This document shows, one piece after another, positions 53,950 through 64,000 of a stretch of 64,000 nt of DNA. The stretch covers positions 26,288,001 through 26,352,000 of the forward strand of contig OX597826.1 of assembly GCA_951406725.2 (NCBI GenBank). The letters are read 5' to 3'. This stretch comes from Octopus vulgaris. Taxonomy: Eukaryota. Position numbers and translations under genes: made by a program. How positions within the stretch are numbered: position 1 is the stretch's first letter; each line of letters opens with the position of its first letter. The notes beneath the pieces were generated by a model. That model ran no database searches. It was not told where the DNA came from and was given only the letters and a program-made list of their open reading frames with translations.

Positions 53950-54895
53950 CCAATTAAGGACTGCACACGAAAAGTGGACAGTCAACATGCTAGATATAGA
54001 CGTCAAATCGCCATTCTCCACAAAAAGTTTATGTTCTCAGATCAAACTCAACAAAACCAAAGCAATAAACAAGTGAAAAATATACGAAATAAATATTTAC
54101 CCATGTACTAAATTTAGTTTCAGCTGTTATTTTCCGCAAGGAAAAGTGCAGCATCATCAGCATGGTCCCATATAAAATGTAATTTGCTGGACTAAATGCC
54201 AACACGACACCAAAATATCGCGTGCATGGAGTCCGGCCTATTACATTTGAAATATATATTTCAAATGCCTCTACTTTTGGCGCGATGAGACTCGAGAAAA
54301 CTAGCCTGCAGCTAATAGTTAGCAGCAGTTAATTTATCGGTTAGAGAACAAATATTTATAAAATTAAATTTAGGGTAAAAATTGATATTTATCAATTAGA
54401 ACCAGTGGTCCAGCATATTAAAGAAAGAATCCGAAGATTAAAATATTTATATATACCATCGCGCCAAAAGTAGAGGCATTTGAAATATATATTTCAAATG
54501 TAATAGGCCGAACTCCATGCACGCGATATTTTGGTGTCGTGTTGGCATTTAGTCCAGCAAATTACATTTTATATGGGACCATGCTGATGATGCTGCACTT
54601 TTCCTTGCGGAAAATAACAGCTGAAACTAAATTTAGTACATGGGTAAATATTTATTTCGTATATTTTTCACTTGTTTATTGCTTTGGTTTTGTTGAGTTT
54701 GATCTGAGAACATACACTTTTTGTGGAGAATGGCGATTTGACGTCTATATCTAGCATGTTGACTGTCCACTTTTCGTGTGCAGTCCTTAATTGGTATATA
54801 TAAATATTTTAATCTTCGGATTCTTTCTTTAATATGCTAGACTACTGGTTCTAATTGATAAATATCAATTTTTACCCTAAATTTAATTTTATAAA
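53950..54895. mobile_element. Inverted, circularly permuted ~500-bp HHR-bearing unit (mini-PLE or retrozyme-like)
   Basis: Order B(53950-54285), spacer, C(54355-54454), B'(54459-54794), C'(54795-54893); hammerhead within B/B'. Confidence 0.75.
54579..54643 (+). ncRNA. Type I hammerhead ribozyme with canonical core (mirror copy on minus strand 54101-54165)
   Basis: ccatg|CTGATGA|t gctg...cagc t|GAAA|ctaaatttag|TA|catgg; perfect stem I, palindromic stem III actaaatttagt. Confidence 0.75.
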
Positions 54896-55222
54896 AATTA
54901 TATTTATATATATATATATTCCTTTATCTTTTATTTATTTCAGTTATTTAGACTGCGGCAATGCTGGGGCATCTCCTTCAAGAACTTTAGTCTAACGAAT
55001 CGGAATCTAGTACTTATGTTTTGACTCATGTGCTTATCGTATCTATCGCTTTTGCCGAACTGCTAAGTTACGGGGGACATGAAATTACCAACACTTTTGT
55101 GAAGCGCTGAGGGTTAGAAAAAACCAGGCACTCCCCACGCACACATGCACACACGTATACACACCCACTCACACATATATACATAGATGTATACACACAC
55201 AAACACAGTCGCATATATGTAA

Positions 55223-55427
55223 CGGGGTGCTGAAATGATCATGGCTATGGGTAAAAGAAAATACTGGAGGATCAGTTAATTATTCAACATATTCCTCTCT
55301 CAGATTCCCACACTTATTGCTGCGGTCCTTCAATGTTTCCAAACTCTGTAAAAGATCTCGGAATGTTGGGCCACCAACCAGGCCTTTCGCAACACCCTTA
55401 ACGAAAGGAAGTTTTCAGCACTCCCTC

Positions 55428-55429
<2 letters not shown>
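55223..55429. mobile_element. Mariner-derived MITE
   Basis: Ends ggggtgctgaaa and ttttcagcactccctcgta; a related TIR fragment is at ~26328-26385. Confidence 0.55.
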
Positions 55430-55481
<52 letters not shown>

Positions 55482-56642
55482 GACAGGTTTTTTTCAGTTT
55501 GTCTTCATAACCACTTCTTACCATACACACACACACACACACACACACACATGGGGAGTGAAACGCAAACATCAATATCGGACTCTCATCAGATGGAGTA
55601 CCCTTCTTGTTTAGCTTTTTAAGCAGATGAATTTACTATATATATATATATATTGACATATACAGACACACACGCATTCACATACACCGGAGAAATGTCT
55701 ATTTTAGTCATACAAATAGTTTACAGACGATTAATAGAAGACCCCTGGGAGTGAGACACCTCTTAGCATTTGTTAAAGCATGTCTCTAGGATAAGGTCAC
55801 TCTGATATAAAACCAGAAATGTAGGGAATAGCTTTGAACATATTCGGGATATTTTGCTTAAACGTGAGATCATGGCGTTCCCGCATTCCTGAGCCGGCAA
55901 TCCATATGTTTCCCTGGTTTGTCTCTAGATTATGTCAATACGGCGGAGGGGGTCTGTGATGTGCTGTGCAAGCTTTATTGAACGTAAAACATTCGGTTGT
56001 GCGATTAACGGTGAGGCGACTTTCCGAAGCCATGGTGAGTAGGAGTTCTCCACTGCGAGTATGGAAGCCGCAGGTGCAAACTCGAACGAAGGCTGAGACA
56101 TCGGTCCTATCGAGAAAGTTTCTCCAACGCACTTTACATATTAGTGATGAGAAGCTGGAGACTGATGTGGATGCCAGCAGAGGCTGGTACTCTAATGTAC
56201 CGACTCCAGCATTTGATTTGTACTTGGAAATATAAAAGTACTTGGAAAAGTACAGGACAAGCTTATTTATACTTAAAATATTGCAGTTATAGTTAAAATT
56301 CAAAAATATATTTAGATTTAAAAACTAAGAATAATAGCTACTCTATAATTAAAAAAATAACTCAAAAAATAATTTGAAGGCTGACTGTTCACAAAAAATA
56401 AAAAATTCAATAGTACAATTAAAAATGTTTTTTTTCAATTGCAAATTTTTAATAACTACTAAAATTCTTAAGTAGTTTTCAATTAAAAATAAATCTTCTT
56501 GGCGGTAGGCTACATAGCCCATATGCTACGAAATGTCGCGTACGGATATGGGAGTATTTAAAAACTCGTAACTGAGGAAACATTTTTAATAAGGCTATTG
56601 TAAAATTTCAAAATTTTTGCTAACAGCTTTAAATTTATTTAC

Positions 56643-56955
56643 GGAGATGTACTCGCATAGCAAGTAATTTGATCTGAGATCGTGTGCTGAAACGAAAACA
56701 ATTGCAGCGTGGAAGGTGTTTATAGGCCATTTAAGAAACACACAAAAGCCGTTCGATTCACTTCAACATTTAAGTTTAATTTGTCAAAATATTTTCGTCG
56801 CTAAAATCCGCGACCTGTTCACTGACAAAAATCCGTGCTGCGGATTTTAGCGACGAAAATATTTTGACAAATTAAACTTAAATGTTGAAGTGAATCGAAC
56901 GGCTTTTGTGTGTTTCTTAAATGGCCTATAAACACCTTCCACGCTGCAATTGTTT
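56643..56955 (-). mobile_element. Second copy of the G3-C8 HHR fold-back family, opposite orientation; HHR on minus strand 56780-56829
   Basis: Same arms and tail as 26565-26890; minus strand reads tttgtca|GTGAACA|g|gtcgc ggatttta gcgac|GAAA|atat|TT|tgacaaa. Confidence 0.8.
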
Positions 56956-57579
56956 AAATTTATTATTTGAGTTAAAATTTTAATTGTAGAGTAGCTAATA
57001 TAATGGTTTTTAAATATAAATATATTTATAAATTTTAACACTAGCTGCAATTTTCTAAGTATTCCAGGTGTAATAACTTAAGATTATTAACCCCCATGTG
57101 TCACATTTTTCATTGTGATCCACTTTTTTCTAGGCAATCCAATTAAATGAATAAATAGTGACAATTAATAATTTGTAATTTTACCTGATTAAAAATTATC
57201 TATTTCATTTAAGACTTTTGTTAAATAATTTTTTGATTATTGTTCATGTTTGATGATTAAATTAAAATAAGATTAAGTATAAATATAAATAAACAAAAGA
57301 AATCAAATGTAAGAGCACTTTAATTACACTGGTTCATTACAAAATCGAAAATTCAGAGAAAAAGAGAAAAATAGAAGAAACCTCACTGTGACACAAGGGA
57401 GCTAACCGTGTATATTTTATATGTTATAGTAGATTATATATAGTTTGATAATTTGGGAATGATATATAGTTGTTTTGAGCAATTGGAGTGTTTATTCACT
57501 CTACCTTTCAATTTATTTCTCCCTTCGCCTCGGTGTCACCTGAGCACTTCCAGCTGCAGTCCTCTTCGGTTTAACGACG

Positions 57580-57629
<50 letters not shown>

Positions 57630-58686
57630 CTTAGATAAATTAGATATGTTTCGACCAAAGATTGGTCCAGTCCATGTCTAACTTAATAGCACCACCTGAT
57701 AGGATTATTCGAATCCTGTTTAAGTCAAGTTTTGTTCAAGTAGTGAGTTCTTGTTGGGTGAGTTGTATCCAATTATGGGTGGCTTATCTGGTATTCTTTG
57801 AAGGAATCTATCCAGACTCCGTTTAAAGTTGATGGGATCCTTTTCCTCTTTGATCTCCCTCGGGACAATGTTAAATAGGGCAGGGCCTGTTGAGCAAAAG
57901 AAATTATGTTGCAGTGTACATGTATATTGTGATCTTGAATTGGGCAGGGGACGTATGGCCCGTGGTCCCAGTCTTGGATGAACCTTGAAGCTAATTTTAA
58001 GGTCGTTTGGGCAATGTTGGCGGTATATTCTCCACATCGTACAAATGATGTACCGCTCACGGCGACGCTGGAGGGAGTAGAGTTTCAAGGCTTTAAGGCG
58101 ATCCCAATAATCGAGAGCAGCCATGCCTTCAATTCGTTTAGTGAGTGCCCTCTGGGGTGACTCAATTCTGGAGATGTTTTGTCTTGTATGGGAAGACCAC
58201 AGTGGGCAGCAGTATTCAAGGTGTGGCCGAACAAGGGAGGAGAAAAGTGGTATGATGACACCTTGTTTTCTGGACCGGAACTCATCCTACGAGCTATATC
58301 GACCTTCTTGTGGATGTGTGCACTCCAACTGAGATCGTCATCAACAATTAAACCCAGGTCTCTGATATTGTTAGAGGCTGTGAGCGGTTCCCCTGAAGGA
58401 AGAGAGTATGGTTGTTTTAGTGAGGAATTTCTTCCAAAATGCATCAGCTCAAATTTTCCCTCATTCAGTTGCGTTTTGTTTCTGTCTGCCCATTGACACA
58501 CAGCATATAGATCAGACTGGAGTTGAGTTCGGTCTGCTTCTTCATTGACGATTTGCTGGAGCTTAGTGTTATCAGCAAATATTTTCACTTTGCAGTAATG
58601 TACGACACTGGAAAGGTCGTTTATGTAAATTATGAAGAGTAGCGGACCCAAAACAGTCCCCTGGGGAACACCGCTGGTGACTTTTG

Positions 58687-58690
<4 letters not shown>
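57630..58690 (-). mobile_element. 5'-truncated CR1-group LINE, related subfamily to 15243-17110
   Basis: SGVPQGTVLGPLLFIIYIND, FADNTKL, DLG and LYSLQRRRERY with frameshifts; shares the 3' motif caggtggtgctattaagttagacatgg; inserted in (AT)n. Confidence 0.9.
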
Positions 58691-58725
<35 letters not shown>

Positions 58726-58727
<2 letters not shown>

Positions 58728-58829
58728 AACGAATCGCCTTTCGGTTTAACGGCGTTATATATAAATATATATATATGTATATATATTTAAAATCTTAGGG
58801 TAGCAAGAATATTCATCGTAAAATTCTTA

Positions 58830-58888
<59 letters not shown>

Positions 58889-59037
58889 ACGAATTGCCTT
58901 TCGGTTTAACGACGTTATATATATATATATATATATATATGTATTTAAAATCTTATGGTAGCAAGAATATTCATCGAAAATTCTTAGTATATATATATAT
59001 ATATATATATAACGAATTGCCTTTCGGTTTAACGACG

Positions 59038-59040
<3 letters not shown>
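58726..59040. repeat. Alternating X-Y-X-Y-X short units separated by (AT)n
   Basis: X = taacgaat(c/t)gcctttcggtttaacg(g/a)cgtta (3 copies); Y = tttaaaatctta.ggtagcaagaatattcatcg.aaaattcttag (2 copies). Confidence 0.85.
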
Positions 59041-59073
<33 letters not shown>

Positions 59074-59076
<3 letters not shown>

Positions 59077-59954
59077 ATTTACAAAATAAGGGCAAAAGAA
59101 AAATTCTAATGCCAAATATGCCGAAAAAAAGACAAAAATTGTCAATAACCATTATAATTTATGCGTCCCGAAACAAACCAATAGAAATTTCTAAAAAATC
59201 CGTTATTACCGTATTGGTCCCAATTTCGGGGTTAATTCATAAGAATTTTCCCCTCTTCAGCGATAAATACGTGGGATATAAGTGAAATACTTACTCATAC
59301 CCATGGAAAAAGCAAGTACTAAGTCATGAGCAGACCTAAGTACCCCAAATATATCCAGAGTAGAAAAAACTTCGGCACATCTCGAGACACGTGTGATTCG
59401 AACTAGAAACTTTCACAGAGTGAGAGAATCCGGAAGTGAATACTATTCAATTGATAACTAATGTAGGATAAAATTTTCGGGTACTTAGGTCTGCTCATGA
59501 CTTAGTACTTGCTTTTTCCATGGGTATGAGTAAGTATTTCACTTATGTCCCACGTATTTATCGCTGAAGAGGGGAAAATTCTTATGAATTAACCCCGAAA
59601 TTGGGACCAATACGGTAATAAAGGATTTTTTAGAAATTTCTATCGGTTTGTTTCGGGACGCATAAATTATAATGGTTATTGACAATTTTTGTCTTTTTTT
59701 CGGCATATTTGGCATTAGAATTTTTCTTTTGCCCTTATTTTGTAAATTATTTATGAATTTAACCTTTAAAGGTATTTTTTGATATGCTGGCCATTGATAA
59801 ATTTTGTTTCCTGAAAAAAATTTTATCCTACATTAGTTATAAATTGAATAGTGTTCACTTCCGGATTCTCTCACTCTGTGAAAGTTTCTAGTTCGAATCA
59901 CACGTGTCTCGAGATGTGCCGAAGTTTTTTTCTATTCTGGATATATTTGGGGTA
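59074..59954. mobile_element. Inverted, circularly permuted ~475-bp HHR-bearing unit (mini-PLE or retrozyme-like)
   Basis: Order D(59074-59345), E(59341-59477), D'(59479-59749), spacer, E'(59817-59954); hammerhead within D/D'. Confidence 0.78.
59559..59617 (+). ncRNA. Type I hammerhead ribozyme with canonical core (mirror copy on minus strand 59207-59265)
   Basis: tatcg|CTGAAGA|gggg...cccc|GAAA|ttgggaccaa|TA|cggta. Confidence 0.78.
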
Positions 59955-59968
59955 GATTATTATTATTA

Positions 59969-60524
59969 TCGAGTGAGACAGCAGCGCATGCCATCAAAGT
60001 GACACTGGGGTAAAATTTACGAAGCCCAGTATACCCATCATAACTACCTGTCTGATAAGGGTACACCATGCACATGCATCACAACCGTATGTGCACGACA
60101 TGGTGATCTCATAGCAAGATAAACAGCACATGACCTTGCAGGTGGCGCCCAGTTAGAATTTTCTTCTGGTCGAGTAGCCAATCCTGCTCAAAAGGTCCCC
60201 GAATAAGGGTTGTTTAAGGATGTTGAACGAACCACCCATGTTTCCAAAGGTGAATTATCCAAACCTCCAAGAATTCCTTTTAACACACGGCTGTGATGCT
60301 CCCACACTATTTCTGCTCGTGATCAGAGATGCACATAACGTCAGCCTCTAAGGGACATGCTCAACTGGTTAAGGTCAAAGAACTGACAAGCAAATCTGTG
60401 GAATTGAGCAGAATATTTGCTGTAGCACATCTTTTATACCAAGACAAAACAATGTAGATGATAACACTTCCAATCAGTTAAGATCAGAAGCCACGAGAGC
60501 CACTGCCTGGTATTGCATCAGGGC
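59969..60524 (-). mobile_element. Family T element, full length
   Basis: Same sequence as 31458-32010; (ATT)n on both sides. Confidence 0.88.
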
Positions 60525-60549
60525 ATTTATTATCATCATTATTATTATA

Positions 60550-60626
<77 letters not shown>

Positions 60627-60659
60627 CATTATTATGTTTTATTATTATTATTATTTGAT

Positions 60660-61300
60660 TAAACCCCCTCAGCTTGTTTACTAATCTTGTTTTAAGTACC
60701 CTGTTGATAACTCTTGCAATGATGACCTTTGTAGGCTTTCTATCCTTACATTGGCACTATTCTGTTTGAGCCATGTAGGTAGTTGAGTGCTAATTCTTCC
60801 AAGCGCGCCAATTAATACTGGTATCCCGTCCACTCTCTTCATTACCTGCAACCTGCGTATTTTCCACTTTAAATCGTCATAGTTGTTCTGCGTTTCTTCT
60901 TTCTCGTTCAGCCTGTTGTCACCGGAACATGCTATGTCGACAACCAAGCAACATTTTTCTTCTTATTTCACCACAACAATGTTGGGTTACCGATGTCTGA
61001 TTTGATGGTCACACCGAATCATTGCATCCCACAGAATTTTGTAGTCTACATTATTGGTAACTCCTTCTAGATTTTTGTCATACCATGTCTTTGTGCTTTG
61101 TAAGCCGTGATGTCCACAGAACTCCTAATGGATCATTCTTGCCTCGTTGTCATATCGTTTTTTTAATAGCATTGCGTCAGTTTGGGGCATTGCTAGCAAT
61201 GTGCCACCTCACCACGCATCCTGCTTTTGTCGCTGTGAGTTGCGCTGTCATTCTGCCCTTCATATAGTTCGTCCTTAATGTTTGCTCTTGTACCGCGCAT
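60660..61300 (-). mobile_element. R4/Dong-type LINE 3' fragment
   Basis: KILWDAMIRCDHQIRHR*PNIVV..LVVDIACSGD..YDDLKWKIRRL..IPVLIGALG. Confidence 0.8.
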
Positions 61301-61325
61301 ATGTGATTCATTGTTGTTATTATTA

Positions 61326-61411
<86 letters not shown>

Positions 61412-61427
61412 GTTATTGTTGTTGTTG

Positions 61428-61471
<44 letters not shown>

Positions 61472-61498
61472 TTGTTACTGTTTTTATTATTATTATTA

Positions 61499-61724
61499 TT
61501 CAGTAGTTTTATTTTTATAGCGTGCTTTCACTTCACTACCGAGCGCAGCTCTGTGTGCCTTGGGTATGTGCTGTGATTTGTTGTGATGCTCTGATGGTTA
61601 TTGTATGGAAAGTGTTCTGCGTAGGATGTGTGCAGCAGTGCCTAGTAGTGCAATTTTCTGTATGTTATATGTGTTTGTAAGTCCTGGTGTTTTTGTTATG
61701 TATTTGTCTGAATATTTTAAAATC

Positions 61725-61725
<1 letters not shown>
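61499..61725 (-). mobile_element. R4/Dong-type LINE extreme 3' end (same family as 63256-63930)
   Basis: IQKIALLGT(A)AHILRRTLSIQ* plus a 3' UTR nearly identical to 63256-63470. Confidence 0.85.
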
Positions 61726-61808
<83 letters not shown>

Positions 61809-62280
61809 GAGTGAGAGAGCAGTTCATGCCATCAAAGTGACACTGGGGTAAAATATACGAAGCCCAATATACCCATCATGACTACCCGTCTGATAAGGGT
61901 ACACCAGGCACATGCATCACAACCATATGTGCGCGACATGGTGATCTCATATCAAGATAAACAGCACATGACCTTGCAGGTGGGATCCAGTTAGAATTTT
62001 CTTCAGGTTGAGTAGCCCATCCCGCTCAAAAGGTCCCTGAATAAGGGTTGTTTAAGGATGTTGAAAGAACTACCCATGTTTCCAGAGGTGAATTATTCAA
62101 ACCCCAAAGAATCCCTCTCAACACATGGCTATGATGCTCCCCCACTACTTCTGCTCGTGATCAGAGATGCACATATCGTCAGCCACTAAGGGACATGCTC
62201 AACTGGTTAAAGTCAAACAACTGACCAAGCAAATCTGTGGTATTGAGCAGAATATTTGCTGTAGCCCATTTTTTATACCA
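61809..62280 (-). mobile_element. Family T element, 5'-truncated
   Basis: Near-consensus copy between (ATT)n tracts. Confidence 0.88.
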
Positions 62281-62363
<83 letters not shown>

Positions 62364-62487
62364 GTGGTAGAATCTTTTGGGCCTTGAACACTTTACGTTC
62401 CAAGTTCAGAGACCATCGGGGACATATTTACTTTTCATCTGCGCAAGATCTATAAAATAGAGTACCCCTAAAGTGCTGAGATCTACA

Positions 62488-62780
62488 TTTTTGGAGCACC
62501 TTCCCGAGTATTCGAGCGGTTTCAAGAAGTGCTGTTTCTGCAAGTGCTCCATCCTTATTGCAGCCCCTATTTGTTCCACGTACCTCTGGAGATTTTTGCT
62601 CACTGTTCCCAGGGCTCCGACAATTATTGGCACTACTGTCACCTTTTCCATCGACCACAACTGCTTAACTCCCCAAGCTAACCTGTCATATCTCTCAACT
62701 TTTCTTTCTTCCTTATCGCATACCTTCTTGTCAGCTGGGCATGCTATATCTGTGATCCAGCATAGTTTACTTTCTCAATT
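62488..62780 (-). mobile_element. R4/Dong-type RLE fragment (same family as 32653-33075)
   Basis: LCWITDIACPAD..VKQLWSMEKVTVVPIIVGALGTVSKNL. Confidence 0.8.
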
Positions 62781-62804
62781 AAGAGTATTGTCGGCTTCCA
62801 ATTC

Positions 62805-62906
<102 letters not shown>

Positions 62907-63065
62907 GTGATCGAATCTTTGGGCCTTGAACATTTTACGTTCCAAGTTCAAAGTCTATAGAATAAAGTGCCCCTAAAGTACTGAGATCGACATAACCGCC
63001 TTTCCCACTTGCCCAAAAGTGCTGGCCTAGTACAAAATTTGAAACCATCATCATCATCATTATTA

Positions 63066-63930
<865 letters not shown>

Positions 63931-63961
63931 TATTATTATAATTATTATTATTATTATTATT

Positions 63962-63997
<36 letters not shown>

Positions 63998-64000
63998 ATT

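Noticed and set aside
58726-59040. CRISPR-like repeat/spacer appearance
   Set aside because: Eukaryotic context; the spacers are a repeated unit plus (AT)n; no cas genes.

Overview
AT-rich, microsatellite-saturated animal genomic DNA. The SINE families resemble those of octopus/cephalopods (inference). No complete host gene is visible; at most there are a few candidate + strand micro-exons. Recognisable content: two near full-length but disrupted mariner elements plus Tc1/mariner fragments and MITEs; two 5'-truncated CR1-group LINEs; many R4/Dong-type (restriction-like endonuclease) LINE fragments and eight copies of a ~550-bp non-coding element, nearly all sitting in (AAT)n tracts in one polarity; several tRNA-derived SINE families; and a scrambled Penelope-like element (PLE; RT + GIY-YIG, probably Naiad type). 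The most notable signal lies outside the ORF track: about 16 type-I hammerhead-ribozyme (HHR) motifs, read by eye, in short non-coding, mostly (AT)n-flanked elements. Several carry family-specific core variants (G3-C8, U3-A8, C4, U6). Several sit in fold-back structures, and two loci contain a circularly permuted ~480-500-bp unit, which suggests non-autonomous PLE-dependent retrozyme-like elements. All coordinates were read by hand and boundaries are approximate; nothing was computed or searched.
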